Source: Caldisericota bacterium
GTDB taxonomy: Bacteria; Caldisericota; Caldisericia; JAAYUI01
Reading direction: 5' to 3'
DNA: 17,181 bases
Assembly (NCBI GenBank): GCA_029548865.1
Contig: JAKPMO010000006.1
Location: 1 to 17,181 of the forward strand
Position numbers and translations under genes: made by a program. The notes beneath the pieces were generated by a model, which was not told where the DNA came from, ran no database searches, and saw nothing but the letters and a program-made list of their open reading frames with translations. Positions 1-7,206 of this stretch are shown here, piece by piece. Each line of letters opens with the position of its first letter. The first letter of the stretch is position 1.

Positions 1-1
1 T

Positions 2-1555
2 TCAAACCACAACAGGAGTTATGCCGTGCCAGAAGGAAACGGCACAGAAACAAATGCCCTTTCTGTCCAGTGGGCGCAGAACCTCGGCTTGAGCGGCAAC
101 ATGATGATGCTGGACAAGAAGCTCTACCTTGTTTCGGCAAACTACGACTTTGTCGGCGTAAACTGCTACAATCTCGAAACTGGAGGCAGGATTTGGACCT
201 CCACTAATGTGCGCGACAAACTGGGTTTTCCACTGGATCCAAAAACCAACGCTATGATTGCGGAAGGCAAGGAATTTTTCTGCATTGGAGGATCTCTGTT
301 TGCTGTTTCGCTTGCAGATGGGAAACTCTTGTGGTCATGGCAACCAAACGGATCTGAATGGGTAGGTCTATTTATGACCTATGCCAACGGGCTCGTCTGG
401 ACTGGCGGCAGTAGTCTCCACTGCTTCGACCCAAAAACCGGCCTGAAGCTGGGTTCTTATGGCGAGAATACAACAATGTATCCAGCCTACATGGACGGAA
501 AAATTTACTTTGTTTCTGTAAGTAGCAGTTTATTTGGTACTGAATACTCCCTCGAAATGCTTGATCCAGCAACAGAAAAAATAACAACAAAATACAGATG
601 GGATGAAAATGCAACTGGTGCAAGTGGCGGAAAAATAGATGGAATTTATTGTAGTGAAGGATATATCTGTATAGCTACCTATAAAAATATTAAAATATTC
701 AACACAAAAAGCAAAAATGGTTTTGATCCAACCATTCTTTATGATTTTACCACGTCTCTCGAAGATAGAATCAATGTTTCTATCATTGGAGGCAAGGCAT
801 ATTTTCACGATGACAACGAACTTTACTGTTTCGATCTGTCAAGTGCAACCTATCTCTGGAGAGTAAAGTCGTCTGACCCATTTGTAGGGCTTTTTTCAAT
901 AAGCGGCAGCAGGATTTTTATCTCCACCAGAAGGACAGGATTGAAAATCTACGACACGCGCAACGGAAAACTGCTTTCAAAACCCATTGATTACACCAAT
1001 CTTGGCTATCTGGACGGGCAGTGGCAGACAGCAGTTTCAATCTATGGAAAGGTCATCTCGCTTTTCCATAAAAACGGTGCGGCAAAAAATGAACATCTCT
1101 TTGTGTGCCTGGATGATGTAAAGGACGTGCCAAGGATCCCGAAAGTTCTCAGCATGTCTCTCGGGCAAAACACCATCTACAGCCAGGAGGAGAAAAAACC
1201 TGCCACCACAATAAGAACAGATTCACCCGTCCAGTCGATTGGCGGAACAACCTACGTTCCGGCAAAATATATTGTGGAGCCTTTTGGTGGAAGGGTCACA
1301 TGGTCGCAAACCGAAAGAAAAGTAACGGCAGAGCTGCATGGCCGGACCATCGAGATGTGGATTGGCAGAAACTGGGTGCTTGTCGATGGGCAAAGGGTCA
1401 ATATTGACCCAGGCAATGCCATGCCAAAGGTGATAGGGGGCAGGACAATGGTGCCGGCAAAATTCCTGGCCACTGTCCTGGACTGCCAGGTCTACTGGGT
1501 GGCCTCGTCCAAAACGGTTGTCATTACAAACTTTCAAAAACCACAACAGAAGTGA
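2..1555 (+). CDS. PQQ-like beta-propeller protein with C-terminal copper amine oxidase N-terminal-like (stalk) domain; probably 5'-truncated by the window edge
   Basis: Frame is open from base 2 (SNHNRSYAVPEG...), with no signal peptide after GTG 26. Repeated propeller blades (CYNLETGGRIW, AVSLADGKLLW, CFDPKTG, CFDLSSATYLW, YDTRNGKLL). C-terminus has typical stalk motifs (GTTYVPAKYIVEPFGGRVTW; IEMWIG; GRTMVPAKFLATVLDCQVYW). GTG 26 with AGGAG at 14-18 is an alternative start. Confidence 0.85.
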   Translation, partial: SNHNRSYAVPEGNGTETNALSVQWAQNLGLSGNMMMLDKKLYLVSANYDFVGVNCYNLETGGRIWTSTNVRDKLGFPLDPKTNAMIAEGKEFFCIGGSLFAVSLADGKLLWSWQPNGSEWVGLFMTYANGLVWTGGSSLHCFDPKTGLKLGSYGENTTMYPAYMDGKIYFVSVSSSLFGTEYSLEMLDPATEKITTKYRWDENATGASGGKIDGIYCSEGYICIATYKNIKIFNTKSKNGFDPTILYDFTTSLEDRINVSIIGGKAYFHDDNELYCFDLSSATYLWRVKSSDPFVGLFSISGSRIFISTRRTGLKIYDTRNGKLLSKPIDYTNLGYLDGQWQTAVSIYGKVISLFHKNGAAKNEHLFVCLDDVKDVPRIPKVLSMSLGQNTIYSQEEKKPATTIRTDSPVQSIGGTTYVPAKYIVEPFGGRVTWSQTERKVTAELHGRTIEMWIGRNWVLVDGQRVNIDPGNAMPKVIGGRTMVPAKFLATVLDCQVYWVASSKTVVITNFQKPQQK

Positions 1556-2944
1556 TCAATAAATGACTAATGAGGCAAAGGCATCTTCGCGCCTGTCTCC
1601 AACAGTCACCGATATTTTTATGATTCCGCAATAGGGAATATTTTTTGTTTTTATTTTGAGTGAAGCGTAGTCTCCATGGGACACGATTTCTGCTTGAAAA
1701 TATTCGGTTTCTTTTGGAAAAATTTCAAATACAACATCTTTCCCCTTGCAGACTGCTTTTGGCTTTATCTCTACAGAAAATGATTTGATGTCGTCCCTGC
1801 CTATCGCAAGCAGCACACCGGAGTTTATGACAACCCCGTACTGGCCAGTCTCATACGCTTTTACCTCCAGGCTGGCATCAACGCAAACGGTGTTGCAGGA
1901 ATCTTTGCAGCACAATTTGAAAGCCACTTTCCCTGTTTGTGCATCTTTGGGCGGTTCGAACATTATCAACGCGCTCTGCTTGCCCTTCTTTTCAATGGTG
2001 CACCATGGCGGTGCACCAAGAACAGAGAACTCGACCGGATCATTTTCCTCGTCACTGCATGCAACCCCAAAAGCTGTCTTCGTTCCCCTGACCACAGAAA
2101 AGGTCTGGCTACCTTCAAGCAAAGGTGGCATGTTCGAAAGAAGCGTAACGCTGCATAACGGAACATCAATAACAGGTGTTCTCGAAAGATCACGGATAAA
2201 AACTGGGAGCATGACCTTGCGGTCCCTCATTCTTACTGCAAGGCCGTCGATTGCGACCATAGTAACAGACTTCCCCTTGCCCTCTTCCCTCTGGGCAATA
2301 TCCACTGGAAATATATGGCTTTTCTCAAGAAATTTACACTCGCCAAACACTATCTGGCCCTTCATCCCGCAACCAAAATTCTCAACTGGAATACCAAACT
2401 TTGATATAGCGCCATCAGAACAAACCGATTTTACAACAACATCTTCGGCTTTTATTTTTGGGCCAGGGATTGTCATGGTGGTTTTGTAAATCAGGTTTTT
2501 TGTGACTTTTTTGCCGGCAATCACCCAGGTCATGGCAAAAACCAGCCTACCTTTTGACATCTCACCGACTTTGAGCATGTGCCACTTGATGTTAAGCGCA
2601 ATCTTGATTGTTGCGTCTTCTTCAAGCTGGAATTGCTTTGGGGTCGGGTCCATCCATGAACCGTTCCAGTCCCTGGGTGAAACATTGTCTGGCGGCAACC
2701 ATAAAACCTCAACACTTGCAGTGCCGCCCGATGTGACAGTCAGGTCGACCCAAAGGTCATTTTTGTCACCCGGGCAACCCTCAAGATCGAGTTCCTTTAC
2801 CTTGTCTTCTTCACCAGAAATTCTTGCCTGACCGCACCCAGTTGAACCAGCATGCGAATAAAAGCATGGCTCTGCCTTAAGCCCTCGAACAGGCAACAAC
2901 AATTGTGACACAAGCACAATCACAACCAGCAAAGCTCTTCCCAT
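1556..2944 (-). CDS. Secreted Cys-rich hypothetical protein with an Ig/cadherin-like domain
   Basis: 462-aa ORF with GGGAG SD and an N-terminal signal peptide (MGRALLVVIVLVSQLLL...LKA). The segment NMPPLLEG...SDEENDPVEFSVLGAPPWCTI resembles Ig-like/cadherin-like (putative Ig) repeats. Confidence 0.7.
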   Translation of the reverse strand: MGRALLVVIVLVSQLLLPVRGLKAEPCFYSHAGSTGCGQARISGEEDKVKELDLEGCPGDKNDLWVDLTVTSGGTASVEVLWLPPDNVSPRDWNGSWMDPTPKQFQLEEDATIKIALNIKWHMLKVGEMSKGRLVFAMTWVIAGKKVTKNLIYKTTMTIPGPKIKAEDVVVKSVCSDGAISKFGIPVENFGCGMKGQIVFGECKFLEKSHIFPVDIAQREEGKGKSVTMVAIDGLAVRMRDRKVMLPVFIRDLSRTPVIDVPLCSVTLLSNMPPLLEGSQTFSVVRGTKTAFGVACSDEENDPVEFSVLGAPPWCTIEKKGKQSALIMFEPPKDAQTGKVAFKLCCKDSCNTVCVDASLEVKAYETGQYGVVINSGVLLAIGRDDIKSFSVEIKPKAVCKGKDVVFEIFPKETEYFQAEIVSHGDYASLKIKTKNIPYCGIIKISVTVGDRREDAFASLVIY

Positions 2945-2972
2945 TGTAAACTCCCGTCAATCGTTTGCAGGA

Positions 2973-2981
2973 ATTATATCA
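2973..2981 (-). promoter_or_regulatory. Extended -10 promoter (TG-A-TATAAT) for the 1556..2944 gene
   Basis: Minus strand reads ...ttgTGaTATAATtcc..., about 30 nt upstream of the ATG, with TTGAAA-like sequence further upstream. Confidence 0.55.
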
Positions 2982-3006
2982 CAAGTAGCATTTTTTCAAA
3001 ATTTGA

Positions 3007-4125
3007 CTAGAGTTTTTTCTGGAATATCCTGTATTTTTTGTACACCTGCCCGCCAAACCTCTTCATCTCTGCCTGGACCAGCGTGTTTGATTCAAGCTCA
3101 AGATGGCTGTCCATGAATTTGATGCCAGAATCATGCGCAGATTTCATCAGTGACGAGCCAAGAAGTACATCAATACCCCTATCCCTGTACTCCCTGTCAA
3201 TTCCACCAAGCAGGAGATCAAGCTGCCTGGACTTTTTTGATGCGGAGAGAATGTGGTAGAAACCAAATGGAAGCAGCCTTCCTCTTGCCTTCCTGAAACC
3301 CTCGTCCATATTGGGGATTCCAAGGATAAAACCAACAAGTTTGCTGTCTTTTTCAACAACCTTGAGGAATTTTGGGTTTAGGGCTGGCAGATATTGCTTT
3401 GCAAGGTCTTCCATTTCTTCCATCGCCAATGGGACGTAGCCATAAAGGTGCGAAAATACATCGTTTACCAGTGAGAGCACAGGCACAATGTAAGGCTTGA
3501 TTTGAGAGGTGGAGCTAAATTCCACAAGTTTGAATTCATTTTTCTTGGACAATCTTTCCAGCACCTTTTTGTAAATTGGCGGATACTCGCTTGTAACTGG
3601 GATTTTATAGACTACGTAGTCAACCTCTTTGCCATATCCAAGTTTCTCAATGTGTTCTGGTATAAACTCGTAGTTGTAATAAGTCGCCAATGTTGGTTCA
3701 TTCCCAAAACCCTCGATGAGGAAACCCTCGGGGTCTTGATCAGTAAATCCCATTGGTCCAACAATTTTGTTCATGTTTCTGGATTTGGCCCATTTTTCCA
3801 CATGTGTTACCAACGCTTTTGTCACCTCAATGTCGTCTGTGGATTCAAGATAGCCAAACCTGGCCGTTTTTTCACCGGATATCTCAAGGAACCGTTTGTT
3901 TATGATTCCCATGCACCTGCCAACAATTCTCCCGCGTTTTTTTGCCAGAACCATCACTGTGTCGCTGTGGTTGAAGTTTTTGTTTTTCCTCCTCGAAAAA
4001 AACTTCCACTCGTCTGAGTACAGCGGTGTTGCCCAACCTTCATGCCCCCTGTGCAATTTTGTGGGTGCATGAATAAACTCCTTCAATTCTCTTTTCTGTG
4101 AAACTTCAATAATCTCGGTGGACAT
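3007..4125 (-). CDS. Double-GNAT-fold N-acyltransferase, YghO / bacterial ceramide synthase (bCerS)-like family
   Basis: 372 aa with AAGGAG SD. Family motifs recognised: ELKEFIHAP..L, W.TPL, IVGR, ARFG, GPMGFTDQDPEGFLIEGF, YYNY, LGYGKEVD, GRLLPFG, LGGIDREYRDRGID (acyl-CoA motif A) and LELESN...KKYRIFQKKL. Confidence 0.8.
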   Translation of the reverse strand: MSTEIIEVSQKRELKEFIHAPTKLHRGHEGWATPLYSDEWKFFSRRKNKNFNHSDTVMVLAKKRGRIVGRCMGIINKRFLEISGEKTARFGYLESTDDIEVTKALVTHVEKWAKSRNMNKIVGPMGFTDQDPEGFLIEGFGNEPTLATYYNYEFIPEHIEKLGYGKEVDYVVYKIPVTSEYPPIYKKVLERLSKKNEFKLVEFSSTSQIKPYIVPVLSLVNDVFSHLYGYVPLAMEEMEDLAKQYLPALNPKFLKVVEKDSKLVGFILGIPNMDEGFRKARGRLLPFGFYHILSASKKSRQLDLLLGGIDREYRDRGIDVLLGSSLMKSAHDSGIKFMDSHLELESNTLVQAEMKRFGGQVYKKYRIFQKKL

Positions 4126-4231
4126 TTTTTCTCTCCTTAAACAAAATTATTAAACAGATAAATCCAGGACCATTATCATCTATTTGATATTTTTTCTGAC
4201 AACAAGGTTACGGTTGCATTTGAAAAAGTGT

Positions 4232-5608
4232 TTACTTGCTTGCCTTTTTTAGGACACACTCAAAGATATGACCTTCTTGTGAAGATTTGGTCGCATGCAA
4301 ACCATAAACCTCAACTTGATCTTCATAATTGAACGATAGCAAATCAACCACTTCTGGTCGTATGTGGGTTGTTGTTTTCTCTCCTGCAACACTCTCAATA
4401 GTTGCAGTCTGAAGTTCGTAGTCGATGTCTATTATCATGCCAGAGATTTTGACAACATCTGACGTTTTGCAGCCAATAAGCCTTCTTTGCAAATACGATG
4501 AAGATGAAACCTTTAGCATTGTTCCCAATGGCACACTCTTTGATCTCGACTTCTCAGAAAGCTGGATATTCCATCTAATATTGACTTCTGGTTCAATGCC
4601 ACGGAGATCACGGCTTACTGGGTCTCTTTCAAAAACCGTACAGATTATTGCCGGGTTGGTCAAAGTTATCGAACTTGGAATACAAAGTCTTTCCTTCAGA
4701 GAGTAACTTCCCTTGACCTTGACCCAGTTCCCAATTGAAGATTTACCATTTGGACCATCATATTCAAAATTGATGACTGAATCGCACTCCCTGATGCTAT
4801 ATTTGTTTCCATTAATCTTTGATGGCACATCAAGCACTTCCCCGACAAATTCAACGCTGACAGTTTCTGGGCAAGGATTTTTCGTGCATATGGATGCAAA
4901 CAGTATCGGGCCATAACTGTCTTTTACGTCTTGATAGCCCTCGACTCTTATAAAATCATCTTTTTTCATGTTGGCGAGGTTTTCAGCTGCGTCAGTACTG
5001 TAAACCCGGATGTCATTGTCAGAGGTATTCTTGGTTTCAAGCCACCCTGTTTTGGCATCTACCGAAACAACTTTCAGAAGGGATATTTTACGCCTCACAG
5101 TGTCATAAACAGATGCATTATTGATTGTTTGTGAGAGGTGATGGTCCTGTGCACCCCTGAAAGTATAATATGTTTCAGATTTTAGCCCGGCTGTCCCCTC
5201 ACCCGATATGAAATTGACCTGCCAGTATTCATCATTAGATGTTAGCACCCTGAAGAGGCCATCATGCCATCCGCCACTGGAAAGTTTTGCCCACAAAACA
5301 GTTGTTACTGTCTTGTCATAGACAATTTTGAACGTTGCATCATGAAGGACAAATTTTCTATTGGCATCCTGAATGGCGGTAAGGACCAGGGAATCTCCGG
5401 AACGCAACCTTTCCATTTCATTGGCATTCTTTGGGGAAAATTTATAAAGGCAGTCGCCACTTTTGAGAATAAACAAATTCTTCTCTGTATTTTTCGTGTA
5501 AAGCACGCCTTCAAGGCGTATCTCATTTGAGCCGGAGAGGCATGCTGGAGCAAATTGTCCAGCAAGCCCCATCACGACAAGGATGATAATTACTAATTTA
5601 TCCCTCAT
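4232..5608 (-). CDS. Secreted hypothetical protein built of tandem OB-fold-like (DUF5666-like) repeats
   Basis: 458 aa with signal peptide. Recurring roughly 70-80-aa units, each starting with G/K-x-V/I-x-x-I/V-D-like strands and ending with 'GD.L/D.I.V.G' (LRSGDSLVL, MKKDDFIRVEG, IGNWVKVKG, LGTMLKVS, NYEDQVEVYG). Confidence 0.65.
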   Translation of the reverse strand: MRDKLVIIILVVMGLAGQFAPACLSGSNEIRLEGVLYTKNTEKNLFILKSGDCLYKFSPKNANEMERLRSGDSLVLTAIQDANRKFVLHDATFKIVYDKTVTTVLWAKLSSGGWHDGLFRVLTSNDEYWQVNFISGEGTAGLKSETYYTFRGAQDHHLSQTINNASVYDTVRRKISLLKVVSVDAKTGWLETKNTSDNDIRVYSTDAAENLANMKKDDFIRVEGYQDVKDSYGPILFASICTKNPCPETVSVEFVGEVLDVPSKINGNKYSIRECDSVINFEYDGPNGKSSIGNWVKVKGSYSLKERLCIPSSITLTNPAIICTVFERDPVSRDLRGIEPEVNIRWNIQLSEKSRSKSVPLGTMLKVSSSSYLQRRLIGCKTSDVVKISGMIIDIDYELQTATIESVAGEKTTTHIRPEVVDLLSFNYEDQVEVYGLHATKSSQEGHIFECVLKKASK

Positions 5609-5620
5609 CTTTTGTTAAAA

Positions 5621-5649
5621 AAGATAAAGGATTTAACCTAAATATGCAA
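5621..5649 (-). promoter_or_regulatory. Putative sigma70 promoter TTGCAT-N17-TATCTT
   Basis: Minus strand reads TTGCAT atttaggttaaatcctt TATCTT, ending 12 nt before ATG 5608, with no SD in between. Confidence 0.4.
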
Positions 5650-5657
5650 GTACCAGA

Positions 5658-6050
5658 TTACTTTGCGTTGATTGTAATTTCGAAAGTATCGTAAGGTGGC
5701 CCTTCTTCAGCAATATGCTTGGATTCCCAAACCATCTTTGCTGTTCCAGCCGCTGTGACTTCAAACGTGTATATCCTCCAGCCGCCAACTCCAACCATTC
5801 CTTCTGGATTTTCTTCGGTTTTGTATTCAGAATTCACGGTTCCAATTATTGCGTCGCCCTCGATCTTCGGGCCGGTCCACTGAACTGGCGTTGTTTCGTT
5901 GGCCTTGAGTGTTACCTCAAACTTCTGACCAACTGTTGCCTCAAAGGTTTTTCCCTTGTCTTCCTCGGTAACTTTGGTTGGGCCAGCAGCTGCACCACCA
6001 CAACCCGCAAAAAGAATAGCGACACAAGCTAAAGCAAGAATTTTTTTCAT
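5658..6050 (-). CDS. Lipoprotein, chagasin-family (I42) cysteine protease inhibitor
   Basis: GGAGG SD and lipobox LFAGC. Motifs VGQKFEVTL.ANETTPVQW (family NPTTGY.W loop) and GMVGVGG...YTF.V..AG. Confidence 0.8.
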   Translation of the reverse strand: MKKILALACVAILFAGCGGAAAGPTKVTEEDKGKTFEATVGQKFEVTLKANETTPVQWTGPKIEGDAIIGTVNSEYKTEENPEGMVGVGGWRIYTFEVTAAGTAKMVWESKHIAEEGPPYDTFEITINAK

Positions 6051-6139
6051 TTAATCCTCCAAGTTTCAATTTTTTGTAAATCCCTAAACTAATACAATAA
6101 TAAGGTGTCAAATTTTTGCAAAGGGAAAGGAGAAACAAC

Positions 6140-6397
6140 ATGCCAGAAAAATGCCGAACAGAAGAATTCCAGGTTTCAGGTGAAAAAGTCATCGAAAAAA
6201 TCAAGGAACTCGTCCATGAGGGCAACATTAGAAGAATCATCATAAAAAATGACCATGGTTCAACGCTGATTGAAATACCATTGACGCTTGGCGTCATTGG
6301 TGCAGTGTTGTTGCCAGTATGGGCAGCAATTGGAGCAATAGCCGCACTGGTTACAAAAATGACAATTGTTGTCGAGAGGGTCGAGGAGGAGCAATGA
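6140..6397 (+). CDS. DUF4342 domain-containing protein
   Basis: AAAGGAG SD before ATG 6140. Family signature EEF.VSGE..IEKIKELVHEGNIRRIIIK....TLIEIPLT.G.....L.PV.AAIGAIAALVT..TIVVER. Confidence 0.9.
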   Translation: MPEKCRTEEFQVSGEKVIEKIKELVHEGNIRRIIIKNDHGSTLIEIPLTLGVIGAVLLPVWAAIGAIAALVTKMTIVVERVEEEQ

Positions 6398-7188
6398 AAA
6401 CCCCAATTTCAATACCATTCCCAGCTAGCGAGAAGCCAAAACTCAAGTTTTCAATAGGCGCTTGCAAGTTCAATCTGAGACCAGGCGATGGCACATCGTG
6501 GGTGGAAGGGACCTATGATGACCCTACTGACAACCTGCCGTGCATTATAGAACAATCTGGCAATGAAGTGAGCGTCTCGCAATCAAGAAACATCTCGGGA
6601 CTTATAAATGTCTTCAACAGGACGCCAACATTTGACCTTGTGCTTTCCTCACAAAATCCTTTCGATCTTGTGATAGAGGGAGGGGCAAGCGAGAACTGCA
6701 TCGAGCTGGGCGGACTGCCGCTCTCGTCAGTTGCCGTCTCCTTTGGCGCAGGCAAATTCGAGATGTCATTCCTGAAACCCAATCCCATCCTAATGGATTC
6801 ATTCAGGGTCTCTACCGGGGCCGGTTCGATGACACTGTCAAAACTCTTGAATGCAGGATTTAAAAATCTCAAGGTGGAGGGCGGGGCCGCCTCGTACAAG
6901 ATTGACTTCACCGGCAAGCTTGGTCAGGATTGCAATGCAAACATCCAGATAGGTGTTGCATCGCTCGACCTTGATGTTCCGTCAGATGTCCCGGTTGCAG
7001 TGAAAAGTGAAACAACGCTTGGTGGAGTAGAAATGGGCAGTGGTTTCACCACAAAAGATGGCCGGCTGGTAAACCAGGCGTATCTTGCCAATCCTTCGCC
7101 AGCGTTGTCCATTTCTACCTCCATTGCACTAGGTTCGCTCAAGCTCAGGATCGCAAATAGCACAGGGGGCTTGAGGGCAGTCCCCTAA
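6394..7188 (+). CDS. Toast-rack (DUF2154/LiaF-like beta-strand repeat) family protein
   Basis: ATGA overlap with the DUF4342 stop and GAGGAGG SD. Repeated beta motifs GASE..IEL.GL, GAG...M.F, GAGSMT, GAAS..IDFTG, GVASLDLDVP..V. Confidence 0.8.
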   Translation: MKTPISIPFPASEKPKLKFSIGACKFNLRPGDGTSWVEGTYDDPTDNLPCIIEQSGNEVSVSQSRNISGLINVFNRTPTFDLVLSSQNPFDLVIEGGASENCIELGGLPLSSVAVSFGAGKFEMSFLKPNPILMDSFRVSTGAGSMTLSKLLNAGFKNLKVEGGAASYKIDFTGKLGQDCNANIQIGVASLDLDVPSDVPVAVKSETTLGGVEMGSGFTTKDGRLVNQAYLANPSPALSISTSIALGSLKLRIANSTGGLRAVP

Positions 7189-7199
7189 AAGGCTACCAT
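7171..7199 (+). promoter_or_regulatory. Putative sigma70 promoter TTGAGG-N17-TACCAT (leaderless-type)
   Basis: The -10 ends 7 nt before ATG 7207, and no SD precedes that ATG. Confidence 0.45.
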
Positions 7200-7206
7200 C
7201 TGGCCC

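Noticed and set aside
1746..2489. 247-aa plus-strand ORF
   Set aside because: Antisense shadow of the 1556..2944 gene, with no SD or recognisable motifs and Ser/Thr-rich shadow composition.
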